The notes under the pieces: generated by a model
What the model saw: only the letters and a program-made list of their open reading frames with translations
Databases searched by the model: none
Told to the model about the DNA's origin: nothing
In this document: positions 25,101-37,100 of the stretch, piece by piece
Layout: each line of letters opens with the position of its first letter
Position numbering within the stretch: the stretch's first letter is position 1
Made by a program: the position numbers and the translations under genes
DNA from: Mustelus asterias
Lineage: Eukaryota
Assembly: GCF_964213995.1 (NCBI RefSeq)
Contig: NC_135815.1
Location: 17,670,001 to 17,734,000, forward strand
Direction: 5' to 3'
Length of the DNA stretch: 64,000 nucleotides

Positions 25101-28100
25101 TTCAGATTCAGAACTGACCATGACCTCGTCTCTACATTCAACCTGTCCCAGCTGAAATTCTGGTTTAGATAACAACCATAGGCTGAAAAATAGCTGCAAA
25201 ACCTTTGCTGCACATGGTAATTACAGTTTCTTTTGTTAGAGTTACACATTTAAATTAGCTATATGTTCTTAAAATAAGAAACTTTTTATGCTGTTTCATT
25301 AAACATCCTGTAATCTGTAATTCGAGGTGTGGTTCAGCAGAATAAGGCATTGTAAAATAAGACTGAAATACAGAATAATGACCTGCCACCTGGGACAACT
25401 ACCCTGGAAGAAATATCAAGCTTTGTTATATATCGTTCTGTGGCAAGGATGGGCACTAAATGTTGGCCTTGCCAATGACACCCACATTCCACGAACAAAA
25501 AAAAACACAGTATAAAGTCATAGTGGATTCTCAGAGTCCCTCAAGTGCAGGAGGAGGCCATTCAGCCCATCGAACCTACACTGACAACAATCCCACTCAC
25601 CCTGATTTAATACTGATTTGTATTCTCCCATAGTATATAAACCAATGACTCACAAGCATCAAACTTCTGCACATCAGAAGTAAATTACTGCAAATGCTGC
25701 AATCTGAAACAAAAACAGGACATGCTGGAAAATCTCAGCAGGTCTGACAGCTCCATTCTCTAACCAGCTGCTAACGTTTCAGTTTGGATGACTCTTCGTC
25801 AGAGCTGAAAAAGGGTTATCCAGACTTGAAACATTAGCTCTATTCTCCCTCCATAAATACTGTCAGACCTGCCGAGATTTTCCAGCATTTTCTGTAAAGG
25901 AAACATCAGGACAGGTGACCAAAAGCTTGGTCAAAGGTATGGGTTTTAATGAATAAGAAAAGAGAAGAATAGGGTTACTGAGGCCCAGACAAAGGAAGGA
26001 TCCCCATCAATGGCGTAGAGCGGGTTTCCTCAACCCGTGTTCAGCGGGTAGCAGGCCAAGCTAAAATTTGAAAAATGCCATGAAGCTGCTTGTCCAATCA
26101 GATGGACAAGCTGGAAACAACACAAAATTCACATTTTCAGATCAGGGCAAGTGCAGACAGGGCAGTAACGGGAAAAGCTGGTGGTTTAGTGGGATGGGAA
26201 GTGGGGAAAGTGGGCTTTGGAGTGCGGGTGAGAGATCTGAAAGCGTGGCAAGGGGGAAAACGGGGCAAAGTTTGAGGTGCAGGGTGCATGGGGATTGCCA
26301 GCATGTGAAAGAGAGGGTTCAGGGTTTGTCTTTGTGTGCGCTTGTGAATGAGAGGCACGTATGTACATGAGAGATAGGCATGCGCATGAGAAAGGTGCAT
26401 GCCTCTCAAATCATCAAAATCTTTTTTTGTGGTTTAACCCTTTAACACTAAGAATGTTTCTCAGGGGTTCTGTCAGTTTTCTTGGGAGGTCAAAAGCGTT
26501 CTGTGGCCTGAAAAGTTTGAGAAACGCTGGCATAGAGAATACACTAGATAGAAGACAGACGCGATGGAGAGATTTGACAAAAGAGATGTGGAATTTGACA
26601 AGTTTTCAGATGTCTTCAAGTTGCAACATGTAGTTAAGAAAGAAAGCCAAAAATAGATTGCAGTGAGACATTAGAGAAGACAGCACAGGGTTGGAAAGAC
26701 AAGCCAGTACAGGAGATTCTCTAAATACAACCGGAAAGATAAGAATGGGACCAAATGAGGGCAATCTCACGCAGTCAGACACCAGAGCAAAAGCTGCAGA
26801 TCAAGAGGAATGAAGAGGGAATGTGCACTGTGGTCACAGTCTTTTCAACTGTACTTTTGGTTTCCCCCCATTAAATCCTTGTAAAGCACTCCCAAGTAGT
26901 CTTGTTAAGAGCTAGATAAATGTATGCACTGTTGTGTACCAATTGATCCTTGTCAGGTACAATTTCATGAATTTTAATAAGATCCAAATGCTAAAAAATG
27001 CTTACCTGTGGAAAAATATTTCATCCACTGGGATCTGGCTCTCCTCACGTTCAATAAACCTCTGACTGTTCACTGTAAATATTATAAACCATATCACATT
27101 AACAGGTCTGTAGAATTCTATTCCAGACCTAGGACTACAAGCAGATGATTTAAAAGAAACATCAGAATGAGATTCATTTGCTATCTTAGAATAAAGCATG
27201 ATTTGAAGAGTTTAGCAGTGGCTTTAAAAGATGAAGATGATAACAGATGAAACATATTAATGCAGCAAAACTATATTTTAATCCATGTAGTTTCAGAAAC
27301 ATTGCCTAAATTCAGCTCAGTTCAATGATATAACCAGCCATATTTTCTAATTTCAAAATGTTTCCAAATGTCCCATTCACCTTTGTTCACAAATGAGTAT
27401 TTAGTATTTATAAACTAAATTTACAACTCACTCATGAAAAACATGATTTACTGGGTGTTACAAACTATGACTTGATGTTGTGACCGACAAATGTTTTTCC
27501 ATGCTCCTTCCTCATCTCTACAATTAATCCAAACCCATAATTACAGCACGAACAACAATGTAGTCTTTCCCCTTTTATCCTAATCATGGGGATTAATTTA
27601 ACCACCCCATGCCACCATGCCCATGTGGTCATTTTTTTATATTCCCAGGTAAAATTAGTTAACTCAATACAGATCAGTAACTTCCTTGATTTGTATCACA
27701 CCACATTGCCACCTACCTACCAAGCTATTGGGTGAGCTTTATTAGCAACTGGATTCAATCAATAGAAAATACTGGTGCTCACTGATACAATTGCCTTAGT
27801 ATGATCACGTTACTGAGCTGCATTGTGCAAAATCTTTGAATAGAAAGAGCTGAGAGAGAAAATAAAAGTGTATTTTCAAAATACATTTCATACTAATACA
27901 TTTAAAACAAGGTAGATGATTATATTTCATTGCTGGAATTACTGTTTTGTTTCATTAATTACCTGGCAACATGCACACATCATTCACCGGAAGTTTGTTT
28001 TTAGGCTGCATCACAATGCTGTCAGTGTTTTCTGCAACAACAAAAAGTCATTCTGTTAAAAGACTAAGCTACATCTAAGAATGTAATCAAATGTACATAT

Positions 28101-31100
28101 GAAAGTGAATGACAGGAAAAGACCATATAACAATATGGTCAACATAAGAAAATAAATGTCTAAAAATTTCCTCTAAAAAATAAAGCAGGATAAAACCTTT
28201 GGTGTCCAGTGCCAAAAAAGAGAATATGCATTAGGCTTCAAAATAGCTGACCATCTGTACAAAGTCTTTTGCAAGCACAAGAGCTTCAAAGATATAAACT
28301 GTCAAAAAAATACCAAGATGAGAACTGTAAAATTTGTGTGAAATCTGTGGGATCTATAACATAAAATTACTAATATGATGTCAATTTAAGTCACTATTAT
28401 TCTCATAGTTGTAGTGTTTTATACAGTTCCATCATAACCTCCCTGCTCTTATAGCCTTTGCCTCGGCTAATAAAGGCCATATGCCTTCTTAACCACCTTA
28501 TCTACCTGTACTGCTGCCTTCAGGGATCTTTGGACATGGTCTGGTCAGGGAGAATCCCATGTGGTGGGGTAGGGCTGAAAGGAGGATTCGCATGGAGGGG
28601 GTGGCAGTAATCGAGAGGGTGAGGTGGTGAAGAGCACCCTGTGGGAGGGGTGTCAATCTTGGTCTTTACAATAGTCACCCAGAAATTAGAAGATAATTTA
28701 ACTCTTCTAACTTATTCTGGGTAACTATTTGTGTAACATAGCTGTAGTGATCTGAAGTTTGTGACTTAAGTCACATTTTCGGATGGTTTCCAGTGCAGGG
28801 CAATTGCCCAGAGGCAGTTTGCACTTCTGCGCAGTTGCTGTGTAAACCCTCACCTGGGAAGTTCTGAAATGTATCTTTCAACGCTGGGGAGCTTGGAAAT
28901 TACGGCCCATGTATTCTCAAGACTGTAGGTCAGAACGCAGCACAAAGCGTTTGGGTTTCCTTGTTTTGCTTAAGTTGTGATTACAAATATTATTTTCAAA
29001 GTTCTTTGGTATAAACACTGACGTCCATGTTAAAATGTATTTTGTCTTAATTAAGTACATTATTTAATTCCAAAGAACTAGCTTGATTCTCTTTTTTGTA
29101 AACTTTGCTGACAGATATTTGCAGGAACTAACTAACTACAACAAAAAGTTAGGATAGATTTACCTACACTTAAGTGTGAAACCTGAAGGAAATGCACATT
29201 ATTATTACAATAGTATATACAATAGTAAAACACAGACGTTTATTATTTGATTTGATCTTCACAGGTTGTTTATGTTTACGGAAATCTCATTCCAGATTCT
29301 GATCAACAGCGAATCCTTCTCCTCTTTCTTCAGGTATCCTGCCCTAAGACAGTTTTGGTGACCATGGACTTCCATTGGATTGGTCCATGATTATGCTTGG
29401 CAAAGTACTGCATTGGTTTTCCATTGCCTTCTGCAGTGTGGCTGACCAGGAAACTCTCCCGCTCTTACTGCCTGCTATCAGGCGCATTGGAAGGGTTTAC
29501 AGGCTGATAAAACGGCTTGGCCACATTATGAATCCACTTTCTACAGCCATGAAATCTTGAAGAACCAGGAGTGCCTGACCCAAAGGAAGGGACACTACAA
29601 ATGTGATACAAGACCTCTGCGCATTCGATGTCACAATTACTTAATCATACATGGAGGCGATATTGTTCCAGAAATTACTTGTAGAATTAACACTAGTAGT
29701 ATACATTTTGCAATGATATATAAAACACTTTTTTTGTAAACAATAACAAAGACAGAGCCTACCTTTGCCTTTGTGCTGTTTGGGGTTTCTGTACACAAAA
29801 CGATCAAGAAATCTCATTAATGTGAAATCCTGCAGAGGGTCGCCGGAATATTGGATCTGGTTACCCTACCAGAAGTCATACAAGCAACAAGTTTATTTTT
29901 CCAACTTACAACAGGTATTATTTTCATAAATCCAATGTAACAAGTGGACGATGTTCATAAAATTGATTTAACGAGTAAACTGGCACCTGACAAAATCAAA
30001 ATTGTAAAAATAATTTATGAAACAGTGTAAGCAGGAGAATATATCTATCAAAAATCTCTAAACAACACTGTGGGATGGGGGAAAAGTGCAGACTACAACT
30101 ACAAGCAGTGTTCTTGGGCCAAAATTCCAACTCCTAACCACTGTCAAGTCATCCTTAGCAAGAGGATTATACACACACACACATTTAAATTGGATTGGAC
30201 TTGCCTGCAGGATGATGTCCTGCAAATATAATGATTTGTCAAACACAAGAATTGTCTTTTGGCTGATGCAGTAAGAGCTTTGGTGATGGTACTGTACCTC
30301 AAGAATAAAATGGAAGGCGGTGGAAGGTGGCAGTTGTGAGATAAATACTGATTTGACAATAGCAGCTCTAACAACTATTCCAGATGTCTTTTTGCAAGGG
30401 AATTCCAAATTTAAAAAGTAACTGAATAACCATTTTGTTGGAGAAAGAGATAGAAAAAAACAGCACACCTCATAATACATTTATGTATTTTACCTGCAGG
30501 ATAGTTGTTGCAAAGAGTGCCACGGATGGGTGGAAATGATCACTCAACTGGGAAGAAACAACAAAATTTAATGAGTGCAAATAAACTTTAGGAGAAACTT
30601 TTCACACTTCTCAAAGTTTTCCCTGTTCATGCACATTTAGAAAGTTTCCACAACATTAAAAAAAATATATATTAAAGACTTAATAAATAAGTACCCCATA
30701 TTATTTATGCCTCAATAGATGTATTTGGAGAATTCTGAAAAATCATCTTTCCTGCACCGAAAACTCAACACTAAAGTCTAGAAACTTTTCATTCAGCTCA
30801 GCAACAATTCTGGTAAATTAAGTTATTTTGTTTACCAATTGAAGATCTATTTTTGTTGAATTTGTTTCTACAAGTTCCTCATTTAACCACTTCAAGTGTT
30901 CTCTTCCTATGAGTAGCATTCCAGTGTTCTCATTCTCTTTTTTTCCTCATCAAATGCACCTTTCATATGTTAAAGTTGATTCTCAATTGGCTAAGTATAA
31001 ATTCTTCTGTGCTAGCATTCAAACTCAAGCTGTAAATGTGCTTCTGCTAACTGTTTTCAAGACTTCTCATGCTTTTTTGTAAAAACTTCTACTTTCTCTT

Positions 31101-34100
31101 GCCATTCTGAATTACATCTCTTAATATATCTCCTTGGAAATGTAATGTTTTTCCCAGGTTTTATTCCAAATGTATAACAATTTTCTTCAGCTCAGCAGTC
31201 TCTTTTTTGTACCTCTGTGATGCCTCAAAATGCATTTGTTCAGATCTTGAACAGTTTGGTTCATTGGCATCTTCAGTGTCTCGTTTCCAAGGGTATATAC
31301 TCAGCTTGAATCTTCCAATTCAGTTCTCTTACATTATTGTGTGGGCAGTAGTACTCAGTCCACGTTAACCCTCTATGTGCCAGAAGCTTAAGCTACCAAC
31401 GCTAGGTGTAAGGAGTTACTTATAGAAATCATAGAAATCATATAGTTGGTGGTTTGCAGAGTTGATGTCACAACAAGTTTTTTGATCACAAATGAATGAT
31501 CAAGTACTTAAAGCTCTTTCTTTTAAACAAGATTATCACTGTGCACATAACTGATATTTAAATCAAGAAAAATGTATTTTACCCGTTTCAATTCCCAGAG
31601 GCTTGTGTGGTCTGCTCCACAAGCAAGTGGATTTCTGTGGAATAGGTCATAGTTTCCCAGAGACTTTCCACCTAAACAAAGAGCACAGCTTAATAGAACT
31701 AGTAGCATCGCGCATAATAGCATTTCATGTCAATAAAGCTTTTTTTTAAACTGAAACAACAGCCAGAATGTTGTTTTTTTCTAAGATTTGGTTTTAAATT
31801 TAGAAGTGAACCTCAACATACAGGAGTCTGAGCTTTATAAATAGAAGCATGTGGTACAAAAACAAGGAAGTTATGGTGAACCTTTATAAATCACTGCTTA
31901 GGCCTCAGCTTGAATAGGCCTCACCAAGAGGTCAGAGGAGACCTCAGTTTAATATCTCACTGGAAACAGTAGAGGTTGGAGTTAGGTGGAGCTAGGAAAG
32001 GAGTGGGGGTGGGAGGGGAATATTTCTTTGTTTTAGATATAGCAAAATTATAAAAACAAGCTTGCAATTGAGAAAACTTTGCCCCATAGTGGCCTATTTA
32101 AATAGTTTATCACCTTGATTTTTGTGGTGCAACCATGAACCAGATGTTGTTGATTTTGTTTTGCTATCTACAATAGTATTATGTACACCCATTTCTTGTC
32201 CTTTGGCAGTATCTCCTATGTCAGCATTTACAGATTTTTCCCCTTCATCTTCTGCATTCTTCATTATTTCTTCTTCAAGATCTTCAAATTTCTCTTCCTC
32301 ATCACTGTTATCAACATCTTTAAAATGTTCTTCTTCATCCAATTCCTGAGCAAAGAATATTTGGCACATACATGTAATAAGCAATGATTTATTCATTGAC
32401 ATCACTGATATAGTGAGGACATTATTTATTCTGATGAAACAACTATCTAACTTGTAGAATGTAATATCTACAGGAATAGAAGATTGCTACTACAAATACT
32501 ATCAATGTTTTTTTCTAACCTCTCTTGAAGGTCCAGCCCATACTAGGGTTATGGTTCTATAATTGGGGGAAGGGAGGGTGGTGTGGTGGTGGAGGGTGGT
32601 AGCAGCCTCTAGTATCTCATTCAAGTGGCTTGCCTTTGTTTAGGACATTAGACAGTGTGTCAGTGAAGCACTATCGCCTTGATAATCTGGTTCTCATTTA
32701 TTATTCCTGCACATCCCACTGGGTTTATTTGAGAGCCATCAAGAGTGGAACTCCTCCCAGGCCCCTTGAAGCTCTCCAATGTACATTACCTAATTTGATG
32801 CAGAACAGGAATTGTAACTGGGACTTTTTATCCTTAATACATTAAGCCTCTAGACTATAAGGGAAGCATACTATTTTTAAATTACATAAACCTATATCCT
32901 ACATGAGGATTAAAATACTCGTGCCCTGGGATTTTTAGAATAAACCTTATTAATTATCCACAGTATTTTCATATTTTCAAATTCTACTTGAACCCCAGTT
33001 TCCCAAAATACTAAAACACCTGAATTCCCCAGTTTTATCAGATAAAATGTTAATCATGAGGACTTCTAAAAATATATTTTCAGTTACATCAAATGCACTT
33101 CAAATTAGTACTTAAATCGGCGATTGACTATAACACCTAGCTCCATTCTTGGGTTTTTTGACATAACTCTCGTTGACTCGCACAAAAAAAAATGTCGTTA
33201 GCAAGGGCTGTGAATAACATATTTTATATTAAATGGGAAAACAATAGTATGAAACATAATTGAATGATATAATAGTAGTTACCCCATGTTCCTGTAACAG
33301 GACTCGGATGCCTGGCTTCAGTTTCAAAATCTCAGAAACAAGATAGAGAGCTCCACATATAAATGCTGGCATCTGGCCAGAAGAGACCTGCAAGATCCGT
33401 TTTATAAATGCCTTAACACGACGAAGCACGACATCAGACTTCAAAGACTTGTACAGCAAATTCAGAAACATGGCTTGCTTAGAACATTGTGCCAGTTCTG
33501 GATCCAACAGTTTCCTGTATACGAAAGGCAAACGATTTTTTATTACCAGATATAAAAATACTTAAATGTTTGATTCATGCATATTGAATTATAGAAGAGG
33601 CACAAAAGGCCATTTCACCCACATGGCCATCTGTGCTAGCTCCACACTGGAGCTATGAACAGTGAGCAATGCTGAAAAAAGGGACATGCTATGAAAGCTT
33701 TTCGCCCTGCGCTCATTAGGCTAGCTTGCAAGAAACTATTAACTGTAATGGGGGAAACAACAATTTATACTGCAAAAGAGAGTGCTGACTGGTTGGCAAG
33801 TCGACCCTGATTAGTAGTGGTACTGCCATGGAGAATGCAGCTTGGAACAGATAACTGTCCAGCTTTGCTCAAATTCAAACAATAGCATGAAACATAATGG
33901 AATGATATAATAATGAAAGCAATACCCAATGTTTTGTAACATGGCAAGTTGACTCATGATTTGTCAACACATTGCGTGGGAATGAGTTTTGTAAGCTTTT
34001 GTTTAGTTTAAAGAAGGCACAAGAATGTGGGCATGTTCCTTTCTGTCTGCAAAGGATAGGGCCTTGTGTGTGAACATATGTGGCTTCTAGCATGCAAAGT

Positions 34101-37100
34101 GAGCCTCACTGACAATCTTAAATTGGCTTTCAGTGTAATTCAGAGAAGTGCTGACCACTTTAATTGGAGTAGCAACTTCAGCAGAAATTTTGAGCTCGTG
34201 AATCTTACCTGCGTCATATGTATAATTCACTCAAACAATAAAGTATAAGTCATGAATTTAAGAGGAAACTATAGCAAATGCAACAAAACATTGAACAAAA
34301 CTTATTTTAGCCAGAAAACAAAAAAAAGGAGCTAAAAATGTTTAAAGTATTTAAATATATTTTTCAAAGCACGTTCATGAAAGTGGAGGCAGTTTTTCAT
34401 ACATGATCCTGATAATTCAGTTACTAATCGTTATATCATAAAGTTTCTATCTTTGAATTCCAACATTAAAGTTTAAAGTTAGTAGTCAGTCTAGTTAGTA
34501 GTCAGAGTGCTGTGAGCCAGGAAATGGTTTAGACAGAGAATATCTTTGCAGTGTTTTATTATCTTTCTTATACTTTAATAAATATTTTTATTTGTTTAAT
34601 AAACTAGAGGTCTGAGTTCTCACTCTGCAAAGATGAGCCCTCAATTTATATGTTACAAAACTCCAGTGACCTGGTTTCATAAAATGTATCATTTTTTTGG
34701 ATATTAGTGAAAAATTAGCTGGTTCCTGAAAATGGCTTTGCCTCGCTCTTCCTGCTATTGCTTTTTCAACACCCCATATGTATCTAAACTGCTTCCTGGC
34801 CCACAGCTGTATCAATTGCAAAGAAAACTCTGTTTCCTATTATTTCCCTTTCCTTCATTTCCCTTAGATGCCACCTAGACATAGCATCCTAACGTTGCAG
34901 GACATAATTTATACAAAAACATGGTAATTGTATCTGATTTCTTGATAAAACCAGATTTCTTAAATGTATTCCTGCACATGAATTACGTCAGATACATCCA
35001 CATGTTGTACAAGTTAGATGGAGGCAAGTTAAAAACAAATAAAAGTAATGAGTCATTATTAACTAATTTTATTCTCATTAAGTTGACAGATGTTACTGCT
35101 AGCAAAGAGTACTTCATCCAAGGTCACCATGTCTTTTCCAGAACAGGTATAGCACGTTTGGGGGTGTGGGAGTGGGGGTTTGCTGGAAGCATTGAGAAAG
35201 ATCCTGTTATTCTTTCTTCCTTTACCTTAGCTTCACAAGAGCATTCCTACTCCAGCAATTGTTATATATCAATTTGTCACATCAGCTATAAACCTACACA
35301 CCCCGAAGTGGATGGAGGAAAAATAGAAAGAGTTTGGAGTTCACATAGAGATTGTCAACAGTATAAAATCCATCACATATCTCCCTCTCTTTAACTCTGA
35401 AAAGTTTCTCCCTCCACAGATGCTGTCAGACCTACTGAGTTTTTTCAACATTTTCTATTTTTATTTTATATTATATTGAAATGTCATGGGCAGGTACAGA
35501 AAATAATTTAAAAGTCTAATATCTAGGAATTGAATACAAGTTGAGAAGTACAAATGCACTGACTGTACCAACTTGCCAAGGGATATCGTTTTTCTTTTAA
35601 AGTGAAAATTGTAATGAATGCTGTTGAAACCCAGTAATTTCCATTTGCCAACTTGTGCTGAAGAGCAGTGTAACAGTACTGTAAAAAAACTTCAGACAAG
35701 TAAATTTTACCTGTAGAGCGCTACATAATATCGATTGGAAACGGCTTGTTGAGAGTCCATCACCTGAAATAGTAACATTAGTGCTTGAACACTTGTGGTG
35801 AAGTTCACAACATGGACAACCCTGAACAAAGTATCCATTTGTTCCATCATCTTTTCATCATCAGTCTTGGAATAAGGAAAAGCACGATTAACACCTGTCA
35901 GCAATGCACTTAGCATTTTGGAGTCTAATTCTTTCTTTTTAACATAGGTGTGGAAAAATGAAAAGTAAACAGCTATTAGCTTTCCAGCCAGATCACTCTC
36001 TTCATGGCTCAAGACCATTTGGTTAAGAAAGCAAATTGCATAGTACTGAGCTTTTGAACAAATGTTAGGTCTGTACAGAAGTCGCTCAACTTCACAGCAC
36101 ACAACCACTTTCATATTGGGATGCTTATGGAGCAAAGTTTCCAAAAGGTAGGAGGCCTTTGTGGCCAATTTATATTGTGGGTCTCCTAATTTATTCACTA
36201 ACTGGGTCAGCAGGGCTTTCTCTTGCTCTGGTTTATTGCATAGGATCTCATGGACTGTTGCCAAGGCACAAGCTTTGGTTGCCTGCACAGTGTCATGGGC
36301 CAAAGTTTCTAACGCCTGCACAAATCCCGCAAAATGATGCTTCAACTGGTGTTCAAAGTACCACAATATTAATCGCTTGTCTCGGGCATCTTTGTTCCCA
36401 CTAGCAAGCTTCTCTAGGTTTTGAAAAGGATGCTGGGAAAAGGTTTGTAGTTTTCTATTGTCTGGAAGCAGGTCAGAGATCAGCAGTTCTGTTAACGTGG
36501 TCAAAGCAATTAAGGATTGCCGCCGACTTCCCTTCTTCTTGATTTGGTTGATTAATCCCTCCGCAAAATCTAGAGTATGTACTGGAGCATCTTGAATCAT
36601 AAGTGTCATAGCTGCCATTCTGTCTGCTAATGTGCCTGTTGTGACCACAGTTTTCATCCATTTTGAGTTTGCTCCTTTTTGTATATTTTTCTTATTCTTG
36701 TACAGATTGGTCTCATGTTCATACAGCTGTTTAGCTAAATTCCTATACTGTGCGACCAATGATTCATCTTGTGGTTTAGAGCTGTGCTCTTTGGTATATT
36801 CCGCATCATACCACTTTCCTCCTGGTTTTACCAATAAGTATGATTTGGGCTGAAATTCAAAAGTGACCTGTTGTTTGGATTTCCTGCCAGATAACCCAGA
36901 TGTACTAGATACTTCATTATCCTGAATGAGATTTTTCTTTCTTTTCTTTCTTGGCAGTTTCTTTTGCTCCTTTCTATCTTGGAGTTTCTCTTTCAGTCCT
37001 TCATTTTTTTTATTCTTGTCAGCTTTCTCTTTCTCCTTTATTTGGTTTCCTTTTTCAGTGCATTCTTCATTTTCTTCCAGCAGAATTTTAGAATATTTGC

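Noticed and set aside
29260-29640. Compositionally distinct intronic block in CEBPZ intron 7, considered as a possible snoRNA or conserved element
   Set aside because: No convincing C/D or H/ACA box arrangement; probably an old repeat fragment, and undecidable without a search.
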